Below the pieces are notes generated by a model that did no database searches, had not been told where the DNA came from, and saw nothing but the letters and a program-made list of their open reading frames with translations. Source: Puniceicoccaceae bacterium (GTDB taxonomy: Bacteria; Verrucomicrobiota; Verrucomicrobiia; Opitutales; JAFGAQ01). Taken from it: 64,000 bases of DNA. Location of the stretch: assembly GCA_028285755.1 (NCBI GenBank), contig JANQOQ010000010.1, forward strand, positions 176,768 to 240,767, read 5' to 3'. Numbering within the stretch: position 1 is the stretch's first letter; every line of letters begins with the position of its first letter. The translations under genes and the position numbers were made by a program. Positions 15,091 to 24,324 of the stretch are shown piece after piece.

Positions 15091-16413
15091 ATGAAACGAA
15101 GATTATTTTTGAAAGCAGCATCGTCTACGCTTCTGGCGGCTCCATTTATCAAAACGAGCGCATTGGAAACCAAGAAACTACGGATTGCGGGAATCGGTGT
15201 CGGTGGAATGGGTTTTGCGAATGTCAATAATGTCAAGGATGAGTCCATAGTGGCACTTTGTGATGTAGATCACACGCATGCTACGCGCGCATTCGAAGCC
15301 TACCCTGAAGCGAAGCGATGGTTTGATCATCGGGAGATGTTTGAAAAACAACCCGAAATAGAGGCGGTAATCATCGGCACTCCGGATCACACCCACGCAA
15401 GTATTGTTAAGGACGCACTTGAAGCGGGTAAGCATGTCTACTGTCAAAAACCGTTGACGCACGATATTTACGAATCGCGAAGGTTGGCATCGATAGCCGC
15501 TGAATATCCGGATCTTGTGGCCGTGATGGGTAATCAATACCACTCCTCCATGGGCGCCAAATATATCTACGAATGGATTCATGCAGGTGTTATCGGGGAA
15601 GTTAAGCGTGTGATTGCCTGGTGTAGCTTGAACTATCGCCCCTTTGGTCACGCATATTGGTCAACGCTTTTGAGTAGGCCGCCGGAAGATAAACCTGTAA
15701 TCCCTGACGATCTGAATTGGGATTTGTGGATGGGGCCACGAAGTATGAGGCCTTATCATCCCACCTATCATCCTGGGCGCTGGAGAGCTTGGTGGGATTT
15801 TGGTTGTGGTATGATGGGTGATCGTGGGGTGCATACTCTCGACTCTGCATGCTGGACGCTGGATTTGGCAGCACCCACAAGTATCAATTGTTTGTCGATC
15901 GAGGGCGAAAACGAATATATCCATCCGGATAAAGCTCATGTGCGTTACGAATTTCCAAAGAGAGGTAAGTTTCCGCCACTTACACTGGACTGGTATTCGG
16001 GCAGTCGCCCCAGTGAAGTGGATGAATTAACGGGAGGTGAGCCCGCTGGAGATAAGGAGGGCGGCGCGCTCTTCATTGGTTCTTCAGGAATGATCAGCCA
16101 TGGCACTTATCCCAATTCGCCCCGACTGTATCCCCGTGAACTCAGAAAGGATGCGGCCGAAGCTCCTGAGCTGTTGCCAGCACATAAGGGAACGCATGAG
16201 GCGGTATGGGTCAAAGCCTGTAAAAAGGAAGGTCCGATATCTTCGGATTTACAACTGGCAGCGAAACTGACGGAACTTACCCATTTGGGCAATGTAGCGA
16301 TTAAGCTCGGCGGTAAAATTGAGTGGGATGCAAAAAAGGCTCAGGTAACCAACCGTAATGATGCTGCAGGACTCATCCGAAGGCCTCGTCGCTCAGGGTG
16401 GGAATTGGAGTAG
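15091..16413 (+). CDS. Tat-exported Gfo/Idh/MocA-family oxidoreductase
   Basis: Twin-arginine leader MKRRLFLKAASSTLLAAPF, Rossmann motif IAGIGVGGMG, ALCDVD, VIIGTPDHTH and VYCQKPLT are typical of the family. Confidence 0.85.
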   Translation: MKRRLFLKAASSTLLAAPFIKTSALETKKLRIAGIGVGGMGFANVNNVKDESIVALCDVDHTHATRAFEAYPEAKRWFDHREMFEKQPEIEAVIIGTPDHTHASIVKDALEAGKHVYCQKPLTHDIYESRRLASIAAEYPDLVAVMGNQYHSSMGAKYIYEWIHAGVIGEVKRVIAWCSLNYRPFGHAYWSTLLSRPPEDKPVIPDDLNWDLWMGPRSMRPYHPTYHPGRWRAWWDFGCGMMGDRGVHTLDSACWTLDLAAPTSINCLSIEGENEYIHPDKAHVRYEFPKRGKFPPLTLDWYSGSRPSEVDELTGGEPAGDKEGGALFIGSSGMISHGTYPNSPRLYPRELRKDAAEAPELLPAHKGTHEAVWVKACKKEGPISSDLQLAAKLTELTHLGNVAIKLGGKIEWDAKKAQVTNRNDAAGLIRRPRRSGWELE

Positions 16414-16437
16414 GCGATCGCAGGCTATCCATTAATA

Positions 16438-17160
16438 TCAGGCGTAATCCTTCTGGAAGGCCTTGAGATTTTCGATGGCCTTGGTTTTCGCGAGCTCTGC
16501 GTTTTGATCCTCGATAGCTTTTAAGATAAGCTCATGATTATCGACGATGGTTTTGCGTTGGTCTGCCTGCTCTGCGTGTTTTTCAAGTATGGGTTGCAGG
16601 TGTTCACTGATCACCAAGTGCATCTGCTGGAGGAAAAGATTGTCTGCCGCAATCGCGATGATCTTGTGGAATTCCCAGTCTAATTTTGAAAATGCTTCAG
16701 CAGTCGCCTCAATTGTTCGCGTCGTATCAATGTTTTTACGAAGTAGTTCCAGGTGCTCCTCAGTGCGTCTGCTTGCGGCGAGTGCTGCGACTTCTCCCTC
16801 CAGTATGATACGGGATTCAAGCAGATCCGCTTGCTTCTTATCCGATGCTGTAATGTGGAATGGTAGAAACACATTGCGTAATGAATCAGAGTCCATCTGG
16901 TCGGTGATTATTGAGCCTTTGCCACGTATCACTTTGATAATGCCCAGGGCGCTCAACCTTGCCAAACCTTCGCGCAATGCAAAACGACTCACTCCGAGTT
17001 GCTCCTGTAAGCGCTTTTCGCTGGGTAGTAGATCCCCAGGCTTGAGCTCGCCTCGCTTGACACGATCGGAGATGAAAATGACGACGGCTTCCGAGGTCGA
17101 GACCACTCCCAATGGGCTACTTCGGATGTTTGTGAATGCGCTATCTGAATTGTCTACCAT
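16438..17160 (-). CDS. GntR-family transcriptional regulator (FadR/FCD subfamily)
   Basis: The winged HTH LPSEKRLQEQLGVSRFALREGLARLSALGIIKVIRGKGSII is followed by an all-helical FCD-like ligand domain. Confidence 0.9.
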   Translation of the reverse strand: MVDNSDSAFTNIRSSPLGVVSTSEAVVIFISDRVKRGELKPGDLLPSEKRLQEQLGVSRFALREGLARLSALGIIKVIRGKGSIITDQMDSDSLRNVFLPFHITASDKKQADLLESRIILEGEVAALAASRRTEEHLELLRKNIDTTRTIEATAEAFSKLDWEFHKIIAIAADNLFLQQMHLVISEHLQPILEKHAEQADQRKTIVDNHELILKAIEDQNAELAKTKAIENLKAFQKDYA

Positions 17161-17218
17161 GATACATGTGTGGGGTGATCGTTAGCTGAGCATACTGAAT
17201 CGTTGTTTAATAACTGCG

Positions 17219-18763
17219 TCATTTCTTATTTCTCAATCGAAAAACGAGATTTTCGCAATCTTTCGGTCGATATCCACCAAATATCAAACTGACACTATAA
17301 CCTACGACAAAGACTATCAGCTGACCGGTTACCCCTATCAACAGTGTATTCATGCTGTAGTTAAAGGATCCTATGTCAATGACTGGATGGCTGCCAGCGG
17401 TTAACACGGCCCATGCCGTAAATAAGATGCATGCACCCATTCCCGCGTAACAACCCGTGCGTGTCGCCTTGCGCGTTAGAAAGCCGAGTAAAAACAAGCC
17501 GAGTGTTCCCGACGAGATGACAGTCGCGATTACCAGAAATTGAGTTGCCAGAGGTTCTGTATCTTCCTTGGGAATAAGCAAAATGGCTATATAGGCAGAT
17601 AGGAAACCGGTTAGAACTACGCTTATTCGCCCTATCCTGAGTCGCACCGTGTCTGAAAACCTTGGGAAAAACCATTGAAAATAGTCCCGATTAATTACGG
17701 TGGCGATACTGTTCAGATCCGAGCTGATTGATGACATCGAGGCTGCAAGGATGGCTGCTACGATGAACCCTACCATACCAACGGGTAAGAAATGAGCGAT
17801 AAAGTGAGGGAAGATTTGGTCACGGACGGCGGGTGGCTCGATTTCGAGCAGCTCGTAATAACCGTAAATACACGCGCCCACTAGGTTGAACCCAATGAGT
17901 ATCGGTACGGAAAGTACGGCCCCCATTAGCGTTGCCTTGCGAGCCTCATTATCCGAGCGCGCGATTAAGTAGCGTTGCACCATATTTTGATCACATATAT
18001 ACTTGCGGCTCCAGATGATAGCCATGGCAGCCATAAACATCCAAACCGTGCGATCTTCTGTATTATAAAGACTTGCGATTGAAAACTCTGTAGAACCGAG
18101 GCTGAATTTTCCTGCTTCCCAGGCCTTCACAACCACTGCAAACGGTTCACCGGCTGCAGGAGAAAAAAGCAGGATGCTAAGCGTGATGAGTCCTCCGAGC
18201 ATGAGGATGACCCCCTGGATCACATCGGTCCAAACAACTGCCTGGATACCCCCGATCATAGTGTAAATGATGATAAATAGCCCGGTAAACAGGATCACCG
18301 GCTCAATATTCCATCCGGTAATCACTTTGATTACGACGGCAGTCGTCACGAGTGTTGCTCCGGTGTCAAAGGTGCGATCGAGCAGAAACCCTGCGGAGGT
18401 ATAAAATCGTCCGCCGATGCCAAATCGCTTACCGATGTATTCATAGGCACTCATACCGACGACCCTCCTGTAAAACGGTACTATAAAGTAAGCCACGGCA
18501 ACCAATACAAATGGCAGGACCAGAAAGCCCGGTACGAGTATCATACTTTTCTGAAAAACCACTCCCGGATGAGCAACCAGGGTATTGCTGCTGATCAGAG
18601 TCGCCATGAGCGTGAATGCCACCGCCCACTGGGGCACAGTTCGATCCGCTATGAAGTAACTGGTCGTGCTTTTTTGGCTGCGGAGCGAAATCCAGATACC
18701 CACCCATGCGATGCACACCAGATAGAGTGCAATGATCAGATAATCAATGAAAGCAAGACTCAT
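17219..18763 (-). CDS. Sodium:solute symporter (SSS) family transporter
   Basis: 514 aa with about 13 hydrophobic segments. An SSS-like core (GGIQAVVWTDVIQGVILMLGG) is present. Confidence 0.85.
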   Translation of the reverse strand: MSLAFIDYLIIALYLVCIAWVGIWISLRSQKSTTSYFIADRTVPQWAVAFTLMATLISSNTLVAHPGVVFQKSMILVPGFLVLPFVLVAVAYFIVPFYRRVVGMSAYEYIGKRFGIGGRFYTSAGFLLDRTFDTGATLVTTAVVIKVITGWNIEPVILFTGLFIIIYTMIGGIQAVVWTDVIQGVILMLGGLITLSILLFSPAAGEPFAVVVKAWEAGKFSLGSTEFSIASLYNTEDRTVWMFMAAMAIIWSRKYICDQNMVQRYLIARSDNEARKATLMGAVLSVPILIGFNLVGACIYGYYELLEIEPPAVRDQIFPHFIAHFLPVGMVGFIVAAILAASMSSISSDLNSIATVINRDYFQWFFPRFSDTVRLRIGRISVVLTGFLSAYIAILLIPKEDTEPLATQFLVIATVISSGTLGLFLLGFLTRKATRTGCYAGMGACILFTAWAVLTAGSHPVIDIGSFNYSMNTLLIGVTGQLIVFVVGYSVSLIFGGYRPKDCENLVFRLRNKK

Positions 18764-18783
18764 AGGTGATCCACAAAATGGCT

Positions 18784-18818
18784 AAAAAAAGTGTCGGGTG
18801 GACTAACCGACCCGACAC
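18784..18818 (-). terminator. Rho-independent terminator after the TonB-dependent receptor gene
   Basis: On the minus strand: GTGTCGGGT-CGGTTAGTCC-ACCCGACAC followed by TTTTTTT (9-bp GC-rich stem). It lies 36 nt after the receptor stop and only ~20 nt before the SSS start codon. Confidence 0.75.
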
Positions 18819-18853
18819 TTCCTGACATTGTAATATAAGACTAGGTATGAAGC

Positions 18854-21172
18854 TCAAAATTCCAGACCGAAGGTAAACTGATACTCCGCTTCGGTTCCAA
18901 ACTCGAATCTTTCATTACTGTTCGGCTTTAAACCGGTATAATTACGACCCGGAGCAACGACGTTGTTACTGAGTACTGCCTGTCCTGTAAGGTTACGAAT
19001 ATTCAGGCCAACGTAGTAACCGAGATCTTCAGTGATCTCACCGTTGTAGCGTACGAAAACATCTGCCCGGGTGTGGTCCGGATTATCGCCTGATACGCCA
19101 TTGATGGTAAACGGAGTACCTTCTACCCAGCGAATGCCCCCTCCGAAGGTGACACCTTGTAGGGTGCCGTCGTTGATTGAGTATTTTGTCCATACACTCC
19201 ACTTATTGGCGGGTGAGCGGAATTGACTCGAATCTGCCGCAGTACCCCCGGCATTGTCCGGGATTTCTTTATCGTTGCGGGAGTAATTAAACAGGATCGT
19301 CCAATTCTCAGTCGGGTAGATGAAGAAGTCAAAGTCAACTCCGGTAGACTCTACGTCACCAATGGGCACTACATTGCCCGTATCCTGATCAACACGAACA
19401 ATATCGATCTGATTGATTTGATAGAGACCAATGTTACCGATCACTTTGCCTTCTAGAAGTTCAAAGCGGGTGCCGACTTCCATCATTTCACCATTTTTGG
19501 GCGGGAAAAAAAAGTCGGGATCATTTTCAGGGGGTGCCTGGTTGGTATTGATCGCGGATGATTTTGTGTAGGCAGCATAGACGCCCCAGTTTTCCGTAAT
19601 ATCATAGACTGCGCCGAATTGTGGCAGGAATTTATCGCCATCGAAACGGGGCTGCGGGTTGGTACCGGCAACGTTGTTGAAGTCCTGCTTCATGTCCGAC
19701 TGGAAGAGGCCGACCATTGTATTTAGTCGTTTATCGAGCCACTTTCCGGTCCAGGTAACATACATGGTCTTTTGATCATTCACCTCTGTGCGATCGAGAG
19801 CAGGGCGCGTGTAGTCATAGTAGAATTCACCCAAGCCTACACTCAGGTTATCTGTGAAATAATCATTCGGATCAAAAAACTGGTAATAACGCTGGCGATT
19901 GCTTCCGGTCGTTCCGGTTTGGTAAGCGTCTGCAAAATGCAGGAGACGATCTTGCTTAAAGGTCTGGTAACCGGCCTGAAAGCGATGGTTCTTTGCACCG
20001 TTTATTTCAGGAGCAAAGGTTAGTATGACATTCAACTGCTCGGTCAGGTTTCCGATAAATGCCCGGCGCAGACCGCGACGTAGCATATAGTTGCCGGGGT
20101 CTTCCGGGTTGCCATTATCGCTGAGTCCCAGCGAGTTTTTACGCACCAATCGTAAGCCTCCAACGATGCCCCCGTGAGACGCTGTATTTTCAAAGAGTAA
20201 ATCCCGGTTATGGCTGTTAAAGGAGACATCCAGAATCAGGTTTTCGGTAAGCACCTGATTAAGCTTGATGGTGTATTCATGCAATGTCTCGGGTACAAAA
20301 GCATCCGGTCCGTTCCAGCTCGCGTAGTAGGGCAGATCATAAGCTGCGTAGATCGGGATTCGCCCGCCGTCCTGGGTTATCGAGCGTGCGCCGCCGTTAT
20401 TCGTAGCCTGGTGACCATCCGTACGGTCTGATTCCATATCGAAGTAATAATACTCGAAAGAAACGCGTGTACCCTCAAAGGGGCGTACGGTGAATTCAGT
20501 GATAAAGGTGGAATCATTGTTCGAGACATCCCGGGCACGTCCGCTGTCATATTGATAAGAGCCAACGAAGCGGAAGCCCATCATGTGTCCGAAATCCGCT
20601 TTGGGGCCGAGTTCTCCGTTGTTTACGTCGATTCCCACGCTTTGATAGTAATTATTATCACCGAAGGTGTGTTGTGCGCGTAATTCTCCAAATGAAGTGT
20701 CCAACACTGAAGCTTTGGTAATGACGTTGATGCCACCACCCGGTTGGATCGGCCCATTGAGGATTGCCGTGGGTCCACGGACAATTTCCATCCGTTGGAT
20801 CAGGAAACCCTGGGTATCGGACAGGTGTTGGAAGCCATTGCGGTAGAATTCTGCGGTATCGAATCCACGAATGGATTTCCCTTCGACCGCAGAGTGCCAG
20901 AGCAGGGCTTCGCGTTGGGTATTGGCCCCGAGGTCCCGAATGAAGTCCTCGGTCATTACCGGAATGTTCAGCGGAACTTCATCGAGGGGTATATTGAGGC
21001 GGGATGCCGATAGGGTGGTCGTAGCCCGATATCCTGATTCTCGATCAGAGGATACCGTAAATGGCTGCAGTAGTAAGATATCATTCTCGTCGTCCTGCGC
21101 GAACGCTACCGTGGATGATATGAGTATAGACAACAGGAGTCTGAAAACAAGCAGGTGTTTGCTAGGGTTCAT
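18854..21172 (-). CDS. TonB-dependent outer-membrane receptor
   Basis: Signal peptide, plug region LLQPFTVSSDRESGYRATTTLSASRLNIPLDEVPLNIPVMTEDFIRD, a long beta-rich barrel, and a C-terminal aromatic residue (FTFGLEF). Confidence 0.9.
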   Translation of the reverse strand: MNPSKHLLVFRLLLSILISSTVAFAQDDENDILLLQPFTVSSDRESGYRATTTLSASRLNIPLDEVPLNIPVMTEDFIRDLGANTQREALLWHSAVEGKSIRGFDTAEFYRNGFQHLSDTQGFLIQRMEIVRGPTAILNGPIQPGGGINVITKASVLDTSFGELRAQHTFGDNNYYQSVGIDVNNGELGPKADFGHMMGFRFVGSYQYDSGRARDVSNNDSTFITEFTVRPFEGTRVSFEYYYFDMESDRTDGHQATNNGGARSITQDGGRIPIYAAYDLPYYASWNGPDAFVPETLHEYTIKLNQVLTENLILDVSFNSHNRDLLFENTASHGGIVGGLRLVRKNSLGLSDNGNPEDPGNYMLRRGLRRAFIGNLTEQLNVILTFAPEINGAKNHRFQAGYQTFKQDRLLHFADAYQTGTTGSNRQRYYQFFDPNDYFTDNLSVGLGEFYYDYTRPALDRTEVNDQKTMYVTWTGKWLDKRLNTMVGLFQSDMKQDFNNVAGTNPQPRFDGDKFLPQFGAVYDITENWGVYAAYTKSSAINTNQAPPENDPDFFFPPKNGEMMEVGTRFELLEGKVIGNIGLYQINQIDIVRVDQDTGNVVPIGDVESTGVDFDFFIYPTENWTILFNYSRNDKEIPDNAGGTAADSSQFRSPANKWSVWTKYSINDGTLQGVTFGGGIRWVEGTPFTINGVSGDNPDHTRADVFVRYNGEITEDLGYYVGLNIRNLTGQAVLSNNVVAPGRNYTGLKPNSNERFEFGTEAEYQFTFGLEF

Positions 21173-21358
21173 AGCTGTTTGAGTATATAGTATAGTGTGA
21201 GCATCCCGGAATCCATAGGTTTGGATGGGAGAGATGCGGGGTTTATGAGATGTACAGATACAAAATTGGATTCAAAATCCGAAATTGCGGTCTCATGTTA
21301 TGCCTAAAAAGAGATCATTGTCAATAAACTTATTATAATATGTATAATATGTTGTAAG

Positions 21359-22648
21359 TTATCCTAATAATCTTACCAGCCAGAGTGACAGATCCGGCAC
21401 ATACGTAATCAGTAGTAACACGGTCATGCTTGCAATGAAGTGGGGGATGAGTCGCTTGGAAATCGCTCCAATCCCCACATTGGCAATACGGCTCGCCACG
21501 AAGAGCGTCCCGCCCACAGGTGGTGTAAATAGCCCGATGGCTAAGTTGGTGGTGATGATGAGGCCAAAATGCACAGGATCGACATCAAAGGCTACGGCGG
21601 TCGGAATAAAGATGGGTGCGGTAAGCAGCAGTGCCGGTACCGGCTCCAGGAAGATGCCTATAAAAATCAGTATGAGATTTATCAGTAAGAGAAACATTAG
21701 GGGGCTCGTTGCAAACTCTCCCAGGAGAATCACGATTTGCTCGGAAACTTGCTCAGCAGTGACCAGCCATGCGAGAGATACGGTAGCTCCGATGACGAGC
21801 ATGACCACTGCATTGGTGGTAAATGCCTCGAGAATGAGGGCTGGTAGATCACGCCATTTCAAATGTTTCTCCAGAAGCATCGAAACGAGCAAACCGTAGA
21901 TAACCGCAACGGCGGCAGCTTCGGTAGGTGTGAATACCCCTGACCAAATGCCACCCAGAATCACTCCCGGCATTAGTAGTGCCGGAATGCAGTGAAAAAA
22001 CTTATCCCTCACTTCTGCAAACGAGCTGCGATCTCCCTGAGTCTGGAGGCCCCCGAATTTACCCTGCCAGATGCAGATGGCAATTAATGCGAGACCGAAT
22101 AAGGTTCCGGGGACGACGCCCGCCAGAAATAAGTCCCTCACCGATACGTTGGCTACAAAGCCATATACGAGCAGGGATATACTGGGGGGTATGATGACAC
22201 CCAGGGTACCGGATACGGCTACCAGTGCTGCGGAGTACGCCTTTGGGTATCCCCGCTTGGCCATGCCCGGTATCATGACCGAGCCGATCGCGGCAGCACC
22301 CGCAATTGCTGAGCCGGAAACAGCACCGAACAGCATCGAGGAAATCACAGTAACGACGGCAAGCCCTCCGGGTAGCCAGCCAAAAAGTGAACCTGCAAAC
22401 TCAATGATGCGATTGCCCACGCCTCCGCGGCTCAATACTTCACCGGCGCAGATAAAGAGTGGGATTGCCAGGAAATGGGCCGGCTCTATACCGCCGGCAA
22501 AGGCGTGAATCAGGATAGTATCCGAGTATTCAAGACCCGCTGCCTTTATCGAACCCAAGGTGGCAAACATCAACGCATAGAGCAGCGGAATACCCAGAAT
22601 GGCAGCCAGCAGGAAAAAGAGTGTAAGCAAAAGGATAAGCATGGGCAT
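21359..22648 (-). CDS. dctM: TRAP transporter large permease subunit (DctM family)
   Basis: 429 aa with about 12 TM segments and DctM-like segments (GGIWSGVFTPTEAAAVAV, PPVGGTLFVASRIA). It lies 6 nt downstream of the DctP-DctQ fusion gene. Confidence 0.85.
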   Translation of the reverse strand: MPMLILLLTLFFLLAAILGIPLLYALMFATLGSIKAAGLEYSDTILIHAFAGGIEPAHFLAIPLFICAGEVLSRGGVGNRIIEFAGSLFGWLPGGLAVVTVISSMLFGAVSGSAIAGAAAIGSVMIPGMAKRGYPKAYSAALVAVSGTLGVIIPPSISLLVYGFVANVSVRDLFLAGVVPGTLFGLALIAICIWQGKFGGLQTQGDRSSFAEVRDKFFHCIPALLMPGVILGGIWSGVFTPTEAAAVAVIYGLLVSMLLEKHLKWRDLPALILEAFTTNAVVMLVIGATVSLAWLVTAEQVSEQIVILLGEFATSPLMFLLLINLILIFIGIFLEPVPALLLTAPIFIPTAVAFDVDPVHFGLIITTNLAIGLFTPPVGGTLFVASRIANVGIGAISKRLIPHFIASMTVLLLITYVPDLSLWLVRLLG

Positions 22649-22654
22649 TTGGGG

Positions 22655-24316
22655 TTATACTTCTGCGCCGTCTCCTATTTTGCCGGGATCGTATTTGCCA
22701 TTCAGCGTTTCTACGAAATCCCGCGCGACGTAGATAAGTATCAGTAAGGAGCCCACCGGCATGGCTGCATATTGCCAACCCACGGGCCAGCCGAGTGCGA
22801 TCAGATTCTGGCCCATGTTGATACGCATAATGCCGATACCCTGAATAATGAAGAGCACCAGTATCCCTATAGGGACCAGGTGTGTGAATGCAGCAATCCA
22901 CTTTCGTGGCTTACTGGGGATTAACCCAATGAATTCCCCCACGCGCATTTGGGTGCGTCTGCGAGTGGCAGCCACCCCGCCCAGGAATATAGCCCAGACC
23001 ATCAGAAAGACCGAGAGCTCACTGGTCCAAGCAACATCGAATTTAAAGAGGAAACGCGAGAGCACATTGCCAAACATAAGCAAAACAATGATTGTGCCGC
23101 TCCACACCAGAGACCAATCTGCCAGGGTGCCAATCCAGCTAAGCAGCGGGTGCTCGTCAGCCTCGAATTCAGGGATCATGGGGTTCTCTGATTTTGAAGA
23201 AGCGTATATGCCAAACGCGATCAAGGCAGTGTAACCGATCATAAACAGAACCATACTCAATGGAAATAGGGCAATCTCCTGGACTCGACTGATTGCGGTT
23301 TCGTTTGAATTAAATTCGCTTCCGTCTCTTACGATTTGCGCATCTGCGAGAAGTGCTTCCACATGCTCACCGTAACGAAGCTGTGCCTGTTCATAGACTG
23401 CCCGAGCTACGGATCTAAAAGGTTCAATATCGATTTCGTGCACAGTGGCTCCCTCGTCCTGCATGATTTGAAGTTGTTGTTGCTCTGCTTTGAGCACACT
23501 TTGACGGCAGTATTCCCCCGCTTCAATCGCTGCGCGTTGAACTGCAGCCTTTTCATTAGCTGTCAGCTTTTGCCAGGTGGATTCTGCTATACAGAAAGGA
23601 ATCGGGCTGTAAATATGGGAGGTAAGTGTGATATGCGGCGCTACTTCGTAAAACCGGAGCGAATAAATGGTGTCGACCGGGTTCTCCTGGCCAATGACGG
23701 TACCTTGCTGAATTGCTAGATAAACCTCCGTAGCCGGTAGGATGACCGGGTTGAAATTAAAGGACTCGACCATCCAGCGCAGTGACTCATTGGGGAACAC
23801 TCGCATCTTTTCATTCCGGGCTTCAGTTGGGTTCGGTAGAGGATCAACGGTCGTAAATTGCCGGAACCCGGCTTCCCAGACTGACAGGATGTGTATGCCC
23901 TGCTTTCTTAAATCCTCAAATTGCTGGGCGACCCAGGGAGACTCATCGTAGAGGCGCCAGCCGTCTTCAAAGTTATCCACCAGATAGGGCAAAAATAACA
24001 GATTCAGGGTTTCAAGGTGGGGTGCATAGGAGCCGGTGCTCGTAACGGTGAAATCGATCCCGCCCAGCTTAATCAGTTCGACGGCCTTGGGATCATTAGC
24101 GATTTGGCCTGAATGAAAGACCCGCACCTCGATGCTACCATGGGTATACTCAGCCACTTTCTCGCTGAACAGCAGTGCTGCTTCATGCCTGGCTCCGGTA
24201 GGTCCATTGGTATGGCTGAAAATCAGCACTTTTGGGGATTCTGCGCATAGACCTTGCGATGCTAGAAGCAATAGCAGGAGTAGCCTTAAGGAAGATTTAA
24301 GAAGTAGGCTGCACAT
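22655..24316 (-). CDS. Fusion of TRAP periplasmic solute-binding protein (DctP) with TRAP small permease (DctQ)
   Basis: A signal peptide is followed by a DctP-like domain (LIFSHTNGPTGARHEAALLFSEKVAEYTHGSIEVRVFHSGQIANDPKAVELIKLGGIDF...). An extra TM helix follows (ALFPLSMVLFMIGYTALIAFGIYA, ~23201-23275), then a 4-TM DctQ-like domain (VLLMFGNVLSRFLF...ELSVFLMVWAIFLGGVAATRRRTQMRV...). Confidence 0.8.
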   Translation of the reverse strand: MCSLLLKSSLRLLLLLLLASQGLCAESPKVLIFSHTNGPTGARHEAALLFSEKVAEYTHGSIEVRVFHSGQIANDPKAVELIKLGGIDFTVTSTGSYAPHLETLNLLFLPYLVDNFEDGWRLYDESPWVAQQFEDLRKQGIHILSVWEAGFRQFTTVDPLPNPTEARNEKMRVFPNESLRWMVESFNFNPVILPATEVYLAIQQGTVIGQENPVDTIYSLRFYEVAPHITLTSHIYSPIPFCIAESTWQKLTANEKAAVQRAAIEAGEYCRQSVLKAEQQQLQIMQDEGATVHEIDIEPFRSVARAVYEQAQLRYGEHVEALLADAQIVRDGSEFNSNETAISRVQEIALFPLSMVLFMIGYTALIAFGIYASSKSENPMIPEFEADEHPLLSWIGTLADWSLVWSGTIIVLLMFGNVLSRFLFKFDVAWTSELSVFLMVWAIFLGGVAATRRRTQMRVGEFIGLIPSKPRKWIAAFTHLVPIGILVLFIIQGIGIMRINMGQNLIALGWPVGWQYAAMPVGSLLILIYVARDFVETLNGKYDPGKIGDGAEV

Positions 24317-24324
24317 GTATTAGG

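Noticed and set aside
16547-17185. 212-aa plus-strand ORF antisense to the GntR gene. Similar antisense/shadow ORFs include 15178-15651, 21426-21899, 22071-22508, 22848-23234, 31125-31574, 45667-46140, 50692-51162 and 27517-27957.
   Set aside because: All lie wholly within well-supported genes on the opposite strand or in another frame. Their composition is Ser/Arg/Pro/Cys-rich and low in complexity, and I could read no motifs in them. They are treated as non-coding shadows.
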